Source: a virus
Taxonomy: Duplodnaviria; Caudoviricetes
Length of the DNA stretch: 64,000 nucleotides
Virus record (IMG/VR): IMGVR_UViG_3300025674_000014
Strand: one strand, 5' to 3'
The notes beneath the pieces are model-generated. The model saw only the letters and a list, made by a program, of their open reading frames with translations, was not told the DNA's origin and did no database searches. Shown here in pieces: positions 45,920 through 56,302 of this stretch. A program made the position numbers and the translations under genes. Each line of letters starts with the position of its first letter. Position 1 is the first letter of the stretch.

Positions 45920-46555
45920 TCAATCACTGATAAAAATAGTATTACAATGATTCCAGTGAACAATCTTAAAGAAGTTATTAATCCATTCTCCTCTTTCTGG
46001 ACCGTTCATAAGATAATAAGCATGTTCCCATACATCGCAACCTAGTATAGGTTTACCAGCATTACTCATAAGGGGATTATCTTGATTAGGAGTATGTACT
46101 ACTTCCAACCTATTATCTTTTTTAACCAACCATACCCACCCTGATCCAAACTGGGACTTGCCAGATTCAACGAACTCGTTCCTAAAGTTATTGAAGGAAC
46201 CGAAAGTGCTTTTAATTGCTTTACCGAGCTCGGATTTACCTTCAAATGGAGTCCCTCCTGGATGCATGTATTTCCAGAAGAGTGAGTGATTGTAGTAACC
46301 ACCAGCATTGTCTCTAACTTTATCATCGTATTTCTTAATATTCTTAATTAACTCAACAATAGGTGGTTTTGGTTTATTACCTAAAGCTTCATTTAATTTT
46401 TTGATGTAACCCTTATAATGAACATTATAATGAAAGTTCATCGTTTGTCTATTAATTACTGGTGCTAAGTCCTTTAATCCATAGGAAAGTTTTTCAGCAT
46501 AGTATTTTGCTGTATTAGCTTCTAATAATTGATATACTTTAGACTCGTAACTCAT
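45920..46555 (-). CDS. sod: Fe/Mn superoxide dismutase, Mn-type signature
   Basis: HYNVH, NAGGYYNHSLFW, FGSGWVWL, PNQDNP, DVWEHAYY. Confidence 0.95.
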   Translation of the reverse strand: MSYESKVYQLLEANTAKYYAEKLSYGLKDLAPVINRQTMNFHYNVHYKGYIKKLNEALGNKPKPPIVELIKNIKKYDDKVRDNAGGYYNHSLFWKYMHPGGTPFEGKSELGKAIKSTFGSFNNFRNEFVESGKSQFGSGWVWLVKKDNRLEVVHTPNQDNPLMSNAGKPILGCDVWEHAYYLMNGPERGEWINNFFKIVHWNHCNTIFISD

Positions 46556-47172
46556 TTCTTCTTACCACCCTTCATATTAGCACACCAATGGTACATCTTT
46601 CCTTTTTCACCACCGGCTTTTTTAGCTTTTGCTCTTAATGAAGTAACAGAGCCTTTACAACTAGCTCCTGATCTTTTTACTCTACCGGGTCTGCTTTTAC
46701 CTTTAACTTTACCATCGGCGTAATTTTCATGAACACTACCTTCTACTTTTTTAAGCTTAGAGTAATATTTTGGATCTTCAGCTAGGTGTTGTAAAGCAAT
46801 AGTTTTAGCTGCTTTATCACTTGTAGTGTGTTCCTTTTCAACTTTTATACCCATGGCTAATTCTTTAGGATCAGCTTTAATATGTGGTCTTGGTTTAAGT
46901 TGTTCGTTTATTTTTTTAAGCTGAATTTCAGTCTTATCTAAAACATCACCCTTTTTATATGTAGGACCATCATTTAAGACTTTATAACGTATAAATTTAC
47001 CAATTGTGTTATTAGGTTCTTTTAATTTAAAGACTTTTAATACTTTACCTTTACTACCGTAATGATCACATTCTTTGTTTGTGTTTAAACAAAGATCACC
47101 AGGACGAAGTTCATTAGCGTCTAAATCAGTCTTTTCTAAGATTTTATTAATCTTATCATTAAAGAGGCTCAT
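46552..47172 (-). CDS. Basic late protein with a DUF5661-like motif
   Basis: ELAMGIKVEKEHT...IALQHLAEDPKYYSKL; Lys/Gly-rich C-terminus. Confidence 0.65.
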   Translation of the reverse strand: MSLFNDKINKILEKTDLDANELRPGDLCLNTNKECDHYGSKGKVLKVFKLKEPNNTIGKFIRYKVLNDGPTYKKGDVLDKTEIQLKKINEQLKPRPHIKADPKELAMGIKVEKEHTTSDKAAKTIALQHLAEDPKYYSKLKKVEGSVHENYADGKVKGKSRPGRVKRSGASCKGSVTSLRAKAKKAGGEKGKMYHWCANMKGGKKK

Positions 47173-47177
47173 GCATA

Positions 47178-47185
47178 TATTTATG
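47178..47185 (-). promoter_or_regulatory. Late promoter CATAAATA
   Basis: 5 nt before ATG 47172; the downstream sod is coupled by an ATGA overlap. Confidence 0.65.
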
Positions 47186-48158
47186 CAATTTTGTTAACCC
47201 AATACTGAAGTAAGTCTTCCATAGTTTGGTCTAAATTATATTTCGGAGCCCAGCCAGTAAGTTCTGTAATTGATTCACTATCACCATGCTGGTAATCAAT
47301 ATCGATAGGACGATAGAACTTATCGTAGATTTTCTTTTCAACGTTATCAAGACCAGAATGTTTAATTAGAAGATCTGTATAATAACCCATCTTATGAGGT
47401 TCTTCACCACATACATTATATACCTGACCATCTGAACCGTCAGCTAACATAAGGAGATAATATGCATTTACACAATCTCTTACATCAATTACAACTCTAA
47501 TTGTTTCTAAGTTACCAACAAGTAAAGTTTTATCCTGATAACCTTTCATCATACGAGCTATTTGAAATGCATCGGATGATATGGAGAACGTTTTACCTCT
47601 TCTAGGTCCAGTATGTGAAAAGGCCCTAGTAATAAAACCTCGGATAGCTTTATTCTCAAATCTCTCTTGTAAGTAAAGATCAGTTGCTACTTTGCTAGCA
47701 CCATACGGGTTAGCTGGAAGGAGCTGATCTGTTGTTTGAATCTTTCTACCATCTCTTCCAACATTACCGTATACTTCAGATGTACTGCAAAACATTAGCT
47801 TAGCTTCAGGGTTGTGAAGTTCAATTGTTTGAATAAGATTTGCTGAACCCATAACATTCTCTTCCATAGTACCAATAGGGTTAACAAAACTTGTAGGAGG
47901 ATGAGATTGAGCAGCTAAATGAAATACACCATCAAATTTATTTGCTTCGAAAACTTTTGAGATGGAAAGATAGTTACGAAGATCACCGTATACAAATTTA
48001 ATTTGCCTAAAGTGTTCGTCTGGTACCACATCAAGGATATCAGTCTCGCGTCCATTAGAGTGTCTAACTAAACCAAAAACTTCATGACCATTTTCAATAA
48101 GAAGGTTAGCTAAGTGAGGTCCAGCAAAACCTGTAATACCAGTAATAAGAAATTTCAT
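47181..48158 (-). CDS. gmd: GDP-mannose 4,6-dehydratase
   Basis: ITGITGFAG, FHLAAQSHPPTSF, STSEVYG, NPYGASK, FSHTGPRRG, VGNLETIRVVIDVRD. Confidence 0.85.
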   Translation of the reverse strand: MKFLITGITGFAGPHLANLLIENGHEVFGLVRHSNGRETDILDVVPDEHFRQIKFVYGDLRNYLSISKVFEANKFDGVFHLAAQSHPPTSFVNPIGTMEENVMGSANLIQTIELHNPEAKLMFCSTSEVYGNVGRDGRKIQTTDQLLPANPYGASKVATDLYLQERFENKAIRGFITRAFSHTGPRRGKTFSISSDAFQIARMMKGYQDKTLLVGNLETIRVVIDVRDCVNAYYLLMLADGSDGQVYNVCGEEPHKMGYYTDLLIKHSGLDNVEKKIYDKFYRPIDIDYQHGDSESITELTGWAPKYNLDQTMEDLLQYWVNKIA

Positions 48159-48231
48159 TAATATATTTTAATGAAAAACTATAATAATCAATTATCTTAA
48201 TCAATTAGAAAATAGGTTAATATATTTGTTG

Positions 48232-49137
48232 TTACGGTTTCCATAATTCTTTATTTATTACTATATTATTCCATATATTATAAAAATATACTCCAAAAAA
48301 TTTAAAAATTTCTCTATCTCTTTCTGTTATTTTAATATTTTGTTTTTTTAAATCATTAATTTCAATACAATGTTTATTTATTTGTGTAATATGAGCGATA
48401 ATACCCCCGAAGAGGCCATAATTTAAAATTTTACAACGCCAAAGTATATAAATTTCTTTCATTAATGAATCAACATTATCTTTTTCTGTAAGACCTTTTG
48501 TTCTTATATTATCAGAGATATGTGTGAATAAATGAAGAGGTAAAAAATTGGTACTTCTTACAGTATCTAATGTTCTTACATTAGGAAATTTTTCTTTTAA
48601 AATATTTAAAGAATAATAATTATCTGAACACAAGAAAATAATTTTATCTTTGTATTCCCTCATATGTTCTTCATAAAATAAAGTAGGTAAAGGACAATTA
48701 TAATCATCAAATTTGTCTGTTTCTCTAATTTGATAAGCTATTTCAGGTCTATCTAAATCATCATAAATTTTTTCACACTGATTACTGAAAGATTTATTAA
48801 ACATATAATTTTTTTTCATTAATGAAAACACTTCATCATCATACCAATCATAATTATATTTTTCATATTTAAACTGATCAGGTAATGAATAAACAAGATC
48901 ATAATCATCTAAATTTATTTCTGGTCTATTAAAATATTTACCATAAACATCCTCAAAAACCCCGTCACCGCAATCAACAGTAAACATAGGATAAAATTTA
49001 CAACCACTTTTTTCAATTTTTTCTTTAAAATAGTTTTGAATAGCAAATTGACCAGTAGTACCTATACCTTTAAACTGTTCAAAATCAGTGGTTCTTTTAG
49101 TTTCTCCAATATCATATATATAAAGTTTTTCCTTCAT
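48232..49137 (-). CDS. NodZ/GT23/O-FucT-like glycosyltransferase
   Basis: YQIRETDK, IFLCSDN and MKEIYILWRC match the HxRxTDK / FxATD / DxxLLSxC pattern. Confidence 0.5.
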   Translation of the reverse strand: MKEKLYIYDIGETKRTTDFEQFKGIGTTGQFAIQNYFKEKIEKSGCKFYPMFTVDCGDGVFEDVYGKYFNRPEINLDDYDLVYSLPDQFKYEKYNYDWYDDEVFSLMKKNYMFNKSFSNQCEKIYDDLDRPEIAYQIRETDKFDDYNCPLPTLFYEEHMREYKDKIIFLCSDNYYSLNILKEKFPNVRTLDTVRSTNFLPLHLFTHISDNIRTKGLTEKDNVDSLMKEIYILWRCKILNYGLFGGIIAHITQINKHCIEINDLKKQNIKITERDREIFKFFGVYFYNIWNNIVINKELWKP

Positions 49138-49142
49138 TTACA

Positions 49143-50819
49143 TTATTCTACAACAGGTAATTGAAAATTAAAATTTTCTTTAAAAGGAAACCATGATACA
49201 TCTAATGTATCATAATCACATGCACTACAACGGAAGGATTCCCAACAAAGAACGGGTCTTTCATTTAATTTAAAATTATCGTCAAATATATTACCTATAG
49301 GTTGATAATGAGGCATAGCTGAATAATCAAATAATTTTGATCTATCTATTGCACTCATACATGTAAAAACATTACCATCTGAATCTATATTAATACGTCT
49401 CATTCCTGCTGCACAATATGTAGGTTTTCTTCCTTTTATATCAGTTAAGTTTTCTAATTTATAAGAGTTAGATATACTTTCTATCTTTACTTCTTTTTGA
49501 TCTAATACTTCATCACCATCCATAGAAGGAACATTACTATATACAAAATTATCTAAATGTGGATCCACTAAACCATGTTTGTTAGAAAAATCAATAATTC
49601 GTTGAGGGTCAACTAATTTTAGGTTATCGGGATGTAAAACCATTTCAATACCTATTCTATTTTTATGTACATTTTTTAATGTGAAAAATTCTTCTAATTT
49701 ATTGAAAAAATCATCTGGGTGATCCCATTGTGTGGGGTGAATACTAAAAGCACAATAATCCCATCTAGAAAAATCGACATCTTTCCATTCATCTAAAATA
49801 AATGTTTTACCAAAATTTGAAGTCATATCAAATCTTGTATAATTATCAATAAGGTTAGTTAATGTAGGTAAACCTTTAAACAAAGAAGGTTCCCCTCCTG
49901 TAAAATAAATTTTTCTAGGTCTAATTTCATTAATTTTTTCAGCCCATTGTTCAACAGGTATGTCAAATCTAGATTTAAGTTTTCTATAAATGGATTTAGC
50001 TGACTCTTGCCAACAATAACCGCATTTCATATTACATTTCCAAGTAACAAACCATTGAATAGCTAATGGTATTGTATTAGCTACTTGAATGCTTTTCTTT
50101 AGGTTATTTTCACTTTCTTCATCTTTTAACTGCTCTAAACCTAAAAAGTCAAAATAATTCTCTCTATTAATAATACTTTTTACATCAACATTACCGGGAG
50201 ATGAAAGTTGTAGTTCAAAGTCTTCATTAAAATCTTCGTCATGTATCTCATAAGATACTGATCTTTCTCCACCTGAATAAATTTCAACTGACTCTTTTCT
50301 ATTTTGAGTTTCAATTGTCAATCTTGTTCGTTTTTCTTGATGTAATATATAAATTATGTCAATAAATTTTGACTTTAATTTTTCAGGTTTATATACGTTA
50401 AATTTTATATCATCGTCAATAAAAAAATCTGAAGCTTGAAAAGCTAACTCTTTAATAAAATCTCTATCTTCAGATATATAATCTATACATTCAAATCTTA
50501 TATTATTAAAATATATATTTTCTACAAATTCTTTATCTTGTTCTTGTATTAAATCGTGTAAGTTAATAGGTATTTTATAATAATGCCAACCAGGGTTAAT
50601 ATTTAATTCTTTAGCAATAATATCATATTTTTCTACATGCGGATAATATATTATAATTTTTTTACTTTTAGCAGTACCGATATTGAAATATAAAAATCTT
50701 TTATTGTCTGAATTTTCAAAAAATAAACTACAATTTTTACTTGCCCATCTAAAATTACGGCCTGTATCATCCTGTTCAATTATATCCCAACCAGCTGTGA
50801 AATTTTTATCGTTCATCAT
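49143..50819 (-). CDS. Radical SAM protein with a SPASM/twitch-like C-terminus
   Basis: CNMKCGYC, YFTGGEPS, CAAG...IDSDGNVFTC...C...CSAC; extra N-terminal GW..E...FRW domain. Confidence 0.85.
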   Translation of the reverse strand: MMNDKNFTAGWDIIEQDDTGRNFRWASKNCSLFFENSDNKRFLYFNIGTAKSKKIIIYYPHVEKYDIIAKELNINPGWHYYKIPINLHDLIQEQDKEFVENIYFNNIRFECIDYISEDRDFIKELAFQASDFFIDDDIKFNVYKPEKLKSKFIDIIYILHQEKRTRLTIETQNRKESVEIYSGGERSVSYEIHDEDFNEDFELQLSSPGNVDVKSIINRENYFDFLGLEQLKDEESENNLKKSIQVANTIPLAIQWFVTWKCNMKCGYCWQESAKSIYRKLKSRFDIPVEQWAEKINEIRPRKIYFTGGEPSLFKGLPTLTNLIDNYTRFDMTSNFGKTFILDEWKDVDFSRWDYCAFSIHPTQWDHPDDFFNKLEEFFTLKNVHKNRIGIEMVLHPDNLKLVDPQRIIDFSNKHGLVDPHLDNFVYSNVPSMDGDEVLDQKEVKIESISNSYKLENLTDIKGRKPTYCAAGMRRINIDSDGNVFTCMSAIDRSKLFDYSAMPHYQPIGNIFDDNFKLNERPVLCWESFRCSACDYDTLDVSWFPFKENFNFQLPVVE

Positions 50820-52728
50820 ATACCTTTCTTATAATTTGTTCTGCATGGTCTTTTTTAGGTACACCCCAAAGATGTAAGCTATCATACCATTTATTAAATT
50901 CACCCATATTTTTAACGTTTTTAATATTATAATTTATTAAGTATGGGTAATCTTTACCTAAAAAATCTTCCTGACCTCCATATGCATTAGTTGCAATTTT
51001 TTTACCATAATTATAAGCTTCATGTAGAACTAATCCAAAAGCTTCACCTCTATGCATACTAAAATAGCAATCACCAACGCTATGAAAAGATTGCAATTCT
51101 TTTTGAGATAATTTTTCTACTATTATAAAAATATTTGGTTTTATTATATATTCATTTAATTTATCTAAAACATATTTTTTATTTTCTTCTGTATAATCTT
51201 TATAGTGAGTTTTTATTAAAAATTGTACATCTTTGTTGTTATTAAAAACTTTATCAAAAACTTCTAAAGAATCTATTATACCTTTTCTTTCATTAAATTC
51301 ACTTATATTATAAAATGTAAATTTGTTATTATCTAATTTTTTACCATCTATAGAAACGATATTAACATCATCTATATTAGGTAATTCTTCTTTAAAAAAT
51401 AAATGAGGTTTTATTTCAATTGGTACGGTAATGCCGCTTTCAATATAAACTCTTTTATTATATTCGGAAGGTACCTGAAGCAAATCTACATTTTCGTTAA
51501 TTAAAGGTACCCATGAATGATGTAATGTTTCAGTTTCCCAAACCGAATAACCAATTACCTTTGTATCTTTAAATGTTTCTCCATATACTTCTCTATATGA
51601 AGGCCAAAGATCTGGTGTACAATGTAAATAAATTTCATCATATTTCAAATCAGTATGCTCTATTTGTAACCCCTTACAAATTAAATCTAATTCTGTTCTA
51701 CATTCAACACTTTGATCAAATTTTAAAGGTAACCAATCAACATGATGACCTTGTTTGTAAAAATCGTATATATAACCTTTTGCTGCTTTAGCATAACCAC
51801 TAGTACCGGATTGACCGATATAAAATATTTTCTTTTTATTGGATTTTATAGTAACTGTATTAGGTTCATTTAATTTTTTAAAACCATTTTTTCTTAAAAA
51901 GAAATCAACATCAGAAAAGTTACAATTTTCACCATTTTTAAAAATTAAACTATTATCTCTAAAGTATTGACAGTTTGATACCCATGTATCGGTTTCCTGA
52001 ATACAATTCTTTTTTAAACCTTCAGCTAGTGAATAACAAAAAGATTGGTTACCTATAAAAACCGCACATTCGGAAATAATATTAAAAACATCAATTAATT
52101 TAGGTGTTTCTATATAATTTACTTCACCAAATCTGTTACAAAAATCTTCATATTCTTCTTTATGACCAACAAATCGTATATTTTTATTAAAGTTAGAAAC
52201 TATTTCAGTCCATGGAAATTTATCATTATGGTATTTTAATGATCTGTTTACTACAATAAATTCAGATTGAGATATTTTATTTGTTAGCCATTTGTTACGA
52301 CAGACAGTAGTTGGTACTTTTAGTAAATTTGAAAAAAGAGTCGAAATATTTGTATGTCTTAATTTATCAACTTCATTATCATTTAATTTATTATTATTCC
52401 AATCAATAAATCTATTTTTAAATTGATTTAAGTCAATAGCATTTTCAGGTAATGTTTCAGAAAAATAAACATTTTTTATATAAGACTGTTGAAGTAAAAT
52501 TTCAGATAATTGATTTACTAAATTTTCATCTAAAACTTTATAATTAGGGAATTTATTAAATTGACCCCCTATATATAAATTACCACCACCTAAATATTTT
52601 ATAGAAGGTAGGCTGTATATAATATCCCCTAGTTCGCCACAAATATAAAAATCATTTTGATTTTTATTATTTTTAGCCTCCGCGGTTAATTTTTTTTTTA
52701 TTCTTTTTACTAAGATACCAGGCATCAC
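50806..52728 (-). CDS. Fused glycosyltransferase: GT9-like N-half plus GT4-like C-half
   Basis: GELGDIIYSLP...FIGNQSFCYSLAEGL; GTSGYAKAA, YSVWET, ERKG, HRGEAFGLVLHEA. Confidence 0.75.
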   Translation of the reverse strand: MMPGILVKRIKKKLTAEAKNNKNQNDFYICGELGDIIYSLPSIKYLGGGNLYIGGQFNKFPNYKVLDENLVNQLSEILLQQSYIKNVYFSETLPENAIDLNQFKNRFIDWNNNKLNDNEVDKLRHTNISTLFSNLLKVPTTVCRNKWLTNKISQSEFIVVNRSLKYHNDKFPWTEIVSNFNKNIRFVGHKEEYEDFCNRFGEVNYIETPKLIDVFNIISECAVFIGNQSFCYSLAEGLKKNCIQETDTWVSNCQYFRDNSLIFKNGENCNFSDVDFFLRKNGFKKLNEPNTVTIKSNKKKIFYIGQSGTSGYAKAAKGYIYDFYKQGHHVDWLPLKFDQSVECRTELDLICKGLQIEHTDLKYDEIYLHCTPDLWPSYREVYGETFKDTKVIGYSVWETETLHHSWVPLINENVDLLQVPSEYNKRVYIESGITVPIEIKPHLFFKEELPNIDDVNIVSIDGKKLDNNKFTFYNISEFNERKGIIDSLEVFDKVFNNNKDVQFLIKTHYKDYTEENKKYVLDKLNEYIIKPNIFIIVEKLSQKELQSFHSVGDCYFSMHRGEAFGLVLHEAYNYGKKIATNAYGGQEDFLGKDYPYLINYNIKNVKNMGEFNKWYDSLHLWGVPKKDHAEQIIRKVYDER

Positions 52729-53561
52729 TCGATGTCAATGTTTCTGCTCAAAACTTTTTTCTCAAAACCATAAGGTAATTCAAAGTCCTGAACATCTTCT
52801 GTTAAGTTAATAAAATTGTTAATACAACTACACATTGCATTACCTTCAACTCTTACATTATTAGGTTTAACAACAACAGGTGTAATGTGTTTATCCTTAA
52901 AACCTAACTGTTCAATATATGTAAAATCTTTAGCTTGTTCAATCTGAGTTTGACCGTCTGGTAATTTAAAAGATTCTTGATCAATATTTCCTTTTTCATC
53001 CCAGTCAAAATCCTTTAACTGACTCATATCCTGATAAACGTAAAGAATATGGAATTTGTCGTTACCATATTGATTGGTTAAAATATCAGATACTTGAGAT
53101 AATTGATCTAAATCATAACTTACAGGGTTAGCATCATATTGAGCAGCATGATCTGGCCACTTAGACCAGTACCATACATATTTGTGTCTAACAAAAAGTA
53201 AACGACGTTTATTCTCTTTAATTAGTTTAACTAAACGCTTACTTCTTCTAGTATATATCTCAGTTGTAGCTTCTACATTGATCTTATCGGTTTCCTGATC
53301 ATTTTCATCATTGTAATAAATTACATGAGCAAAATCGACACCACTGTCAGGGTAAAAATCTTTAAACTCATTTTTGAATATTTTAGGAAGTACGTCAATT
53401 TTAGTAACTTGCCAATCGAAAGGGAAAGATGATTTCCTCATGTAGTTTAGTGATTGCCCAACACAACAACGGTGTCCTAAACTTACGAAATAATCGAATT
53501 CTTTGTCGAATAAAGAATCTTCAGGGGCTTTATGAAAATTAGGAACTATCCAATCTGACAT
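52725..53561 (-). CDS. DUF1796 papain-like peptidase family protein
   Basis: FVSLGHRCC...SFPFDW...DFAH...RRSKRL; TTGAAA-N16-TAAATT ends 5 nt upstream. Confidence 0.75.
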   Translation of the reverse strand: MSDWIVPNFHKAPEDSLFDKEFDYFVSLGHRCCVGQSLNYMRKSSFPFDWQVTKIDVLPKIFKNEFKDFYPDSGVDFAHVIYYNDENDQETDKINVEATTEIYTRRSKRLVKLIKENKRRLLFVRHKYVWYWSKWPDHAAQYDANPVSYDLDQLSQVSDILTNQYGNDKFHILYVYQDMSQLKDFDWDEKGNIDQESFKLPDGQTQIEQAKDFTYIEQLGFKDKHITPVVVKPNNVRVEGNAMCSCINNFINLTEDVQDFELPYGFEKKVLSRNIDIE

Positions 53562-53582
53562 ATATTAATTTAAGTTACTAAA

Positions 53583-54332
53583 TTAAACTTTCAATGCTTT
53601 ATCCCAAAGTAGCAAATGTAACCTAGGACTAAAGTTAAAGTGATACTCTTTAGCAAGCTCAGCAACATCTGCTGCAACTCTAATATGTTCTTCACGACTA
53701 CCAGCACAAGGCATCAACCAAACACGACCAGTTGGTATATCAAACTTATCAACATACTCAGTCATAATTTCTTCCATATCACGGTGACTTTGTACTACAA
53801 ACTTAAACCCTGAATTATGCATTGTATGCCAATCGAGCACCTCTTCAATATAACGCTTGCCTTTAGGATCGCCATTTGACTTTAGTTTAGGTGAAGTAGT
53901 AAATGTAGCTTGGAACTCATCTATCCATCGATCTGAAGGATATATAGTTGCATTAGTTTCAAAATCGATACGAGGTACAAAACCCCACTCTTGTTTCAAG
54001 TAATCGATGAACTTAAGAAGTTTAGCTTGCTGGATAAGAGGTTCGCCACCAGTTAGTTTAAGAATAGCACCATTAAATAAATGATCTTTATAACCATTAT
54101 CTTCTAGCATACACCTAATATGGTAAAATGACATCTTATTCTTAATACTCCATGAAATATAACTATCACAACCATATGGTGCATCTTCAGACTTAAACCC
54201 AATACACGTTAGGTTACACATCGACATTCTCATAAACACCGATGGCATGCCTACATACTCACCTTCACCTTCTATAGTATAGAAAATTTTATCATCACTA
54301 AGAAATATAGTCTCATCCTTAAGTTCAATCAT
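53583..54332 (-). CDS. queE: 7-carboxy-7-deazaguanine synthase
   Basis: YTIEGEG...PSVFMRMSMCNLTC-x11-CDS, LTGGEPL, ETNAT, SPRLHLLLW. Confidence 0.9.
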   Translation of the reverse strand: MIELKDETIFLSDDKIFYTIEGEGEYVGMPSVFMRMSMCNLTCIGFKSEDAPYGCDSYISWSIKNKMSFYHIRCMLEDNGYKDHLFNGAILKLTGGEPLIQQAKLLKFIDYLKQEWGFVPRIDFETNATIYPSDRWIDEFQATFTTSPKLKSNGDPKGKRYIEEVLDWHTMHNSGFKFVVQSHRDMEEIMTEYVDKFDIPTGRVWLMPCAGSREEHIRVAADVAELAKEYHFNFSPRLHLLLWDKALKV

Positions 54333-54338
54333 ATTATT

Positions 54339-54366
54339 ATTATAGTATAGACAACTAACTCTTCAA
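54339..54366 (-). promoter_or_regulatory. Sigma70-type promoter TTGAAG-N16-TATAAT
   Basis: -10 ends 6 nt before the queE ATG; overlaps the divergent phoH late promoter region. Confidence 0.65.
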
Positions 54367-54382
54367 GCATAAATACTTGTAT

Positions 54383-55123
54383 ATGGGAAGAAAAAACTCG
54401 CGGTTAGCCGCAATTTTCGAACCGGAATCATTTAATACAAATGATTATGAACAACAAAATTGGGAACTAAACTTTAACATTAAGTCGAAGTTTAAATTTT
54501 CTGAAAAGCATCAAAGGTTTATACAAACCTTAATAGATGAAAAGACGAAAATGGTATTTGCAGATGGGTTTGCAGGTACAGCTAAAACATATTTGTCAGT
54601 TTATGGAGCATTGACATTATTAGAAGCGAGAAAGGTAGAGCAAATTATTTACCTGCGAAGTGTAGTTGAATCAGCTACGCAAAAGATTGGCCATTTGCCA
54701 GGTGAATTAGATCAAAAATTCCAACCTTATTCCTTACCATTAATAGACAAACTTGATGAGTTAGTTTCTAAGACCACTTCAGATAAATTAGTTAAACAAG
54801 AGTATATCAAATGTCTCCCTGTTAATTTCACAAGAGGTTTAACATTTCATAACTCCGTTGTTATAATTGATGAAGCACAAAATCTCACAAGGCAAGAGCT
54901 TGTTACTTTATTAACAAGATGCGGTGAAGAAACAAAGTATGTTATTATTGGTGATACTAACCAAAGTGACATTAACGGTAAATCAGGGTTTAAACCTATC
55001 TTACAGGCATTTGATACCGATAATAGTGTAGTTAACGGTATTCATACATTTAAGTTTGAAAAATCTGAAATTGTAAGAAGCAAGTTACTTAAACACATTG
55101 TTCAGGTATTGGAATCTGTTTGA
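54383..55123 (+). CDS. phoH: PhoH-family ATPase
   Basis: GFAGTAKTYL, IGHLPG, RGLTF, IIDEAQNL, LTRCG, GDTNQSD, IVRS; CATAAATA 7 nt before ATG 54383. Confidence 0.93.
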   Translation: MGRKNSRLAAIFEPESFNTNDYEQQNWELNFNIKSKFKFSEKHQRFIQTLIDEKTKMVFADGFAGTAKTYLSVYGALTLLEARKVEQIIYLRSVVESATQKIGHLPGELDQKFQPYSLPLIDKLDELVSKTTSDKLVKQEYIKCLPVNFTRGLTFHNSVVIIDEAQNLTRQELVTLLTRCGEETKYVIIGDTNQSDINGKSGFKPILQAFDTDNSVVNGIHTFKFEKSEIVRSKLLKHIVQVLESV

Positions 55124-55287
55124 TTCTTTTCCATCTCAAGTAACTCTTTAAGAGCCTCTTCAGGCGATATTGTTTTTATATCAGCCTGAAGAGGTATTTT
55201 TTCGTCTGGAGAAGGCTTTGATATCTCTGCCATTTTAGCAAAAACATCTTGCTGTAATTTATTAATTGTTGGATCTCTTTCTATCAT
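55102..55287 (-). CDS. Hypothetical protein
   Basis: 61 aa ORF overlapping the queD stop. Confidence 0.45.
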   Translation of the reverse strand: MIERDPTINKLQQDVFAKMAEISKPSPDEKIPLQADIKTISPEEALKELLEMEKNQTDSNT

Positions 55288-55967
55288 CTCATACTATCAC
55301 CACTCTTGGTAGACCAAGAAGTACCACCAAACATATCACCTAAACCTTGTGATACTTTATTTCCAACAGCTGCTGGAATAGAACCATCTGGGTTAATTTT
55401 CAACCCTTCTTTAGTATACTTAGTTTCATCTTTGATTGCTGGTGTATTTTCAGGTGTAATAGGTTGGAATTCATCTTTTTTAATTTCTTCTTTACTTTCT
55501 TCTTCCTTAAAGGTCATTTTCTGTACATGCTTATTAGTATATGTAGCACTATTGCTCTCATGTTCCCAAACTTCAACCTTTTCTACATCACACCTACCTT
55601 CAGTCATTGCTGATACATAGATACTTGCAATATCAAAACACTTCTTAGCAAACATTTCAATACCAACTCCATCATCAATACGAAGATCAATAACACCTTT
55701 ACGATTTAAATCATTAAAGTCATCAAGGAAAGGATCGTGCTTAGAAATAATAGTAGTATGATCGAAGTGTTGTTGTAGTTTTTCTTTTAGCCCTTTAAGG
55801 CCACCAAAATCTACAACCCAGTTATTTTCATCTAGTTCATTACAACTAAACCAAAATTTAGCAGTTAACCTATAACCGTGAAGAAATCTACAATGTGACT
55901 TAGCTTGAGGTTGACGAAACGCACAGCTACCAAGTTCAATTACTTTAGTACTTTCAAAATTAGCCAT
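55284..55967 (-). CDS. queD: 6-carboxy-tetrahydropterin synthase with a C-terminal extension
   Basis: HCRFLHGY, VVDFGGLK, FDHT, VEVWEHESNSA; TTGAAA-N16-TAGTAT ends 5 nt upstream. Confidence 0.88.
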   Translation of the reverse strand: MANFESTKVIELGSCAFRQPQAKSHCRFLHGYRLTAKFWFSCNELDENNWVVDFGGLKGLKEKLQQHFDHTTIISKHDPFLDDFNDLNRKGVIDLRIDDGVGIEMFAKKCFDIASIYVSAMTEGRCDVEKVEVWEHESNSATYTNKHVQKMTFKEEESKEEIKKDEFQPITPENTPAIKDETKYTKEGLKINPDGSIPAAVGNKVSQGLGDMFGGTSWSTKSGDSMR

Positions 55968-55996
55968 ACCTTATACTAAGATATGTTCCGTTTCTT

Positions 55997-56302
55997 TCAA
56001 CTCTTTTTCTTTTTAAACGGTCTAGGACACTTAGTTCCTTTAACATGGGTATGACCACATCTACCGCAATAAGTAGCTTTTTTAGCCTCTAATAAAGCAT
56101 CTTTACTAATATATTGTGAGGCTATTTCATCCATTTTAGATTTACCAGCTTGGTTAAGAGCTATAGCTACTGCTTGTTTCTGAGCTTTATTTTTAGAAGA
56201 AGGTTTACTAGTACCTATTTTACCTTTTTTCTTATAGGATCCCATAAGCTCACTAATGTTATCACCTATAATCTTGTCTGTTTTACCTTTCTTAAGCGGC
56301 AT
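55997..56302 (-). CDS. Small Lys-rich protein
   Basis: MPLKKGK...NISEL...QKQAVAIAL; C-terminal CGRCGH...C. Confidence 0.65.
   Translation of the reverse strand: MPLKKGKTDKIIGDNISELMGSYKKKGKIGTSKPSSKNKAQKQAVAIALNQAGKSKMDEIASQYISKDALLEAKKATYCGRCGHTHVKGTKCPRPFKKKKS

Noticed and set aside
21079-50819. RiPP cluster of the Cys-rich peptide plus radical SAM/SPASM plus peptidase
   Set aside because: The genes are about 28 kb apart with different promoter classes, and no RRE or transporter was recognised
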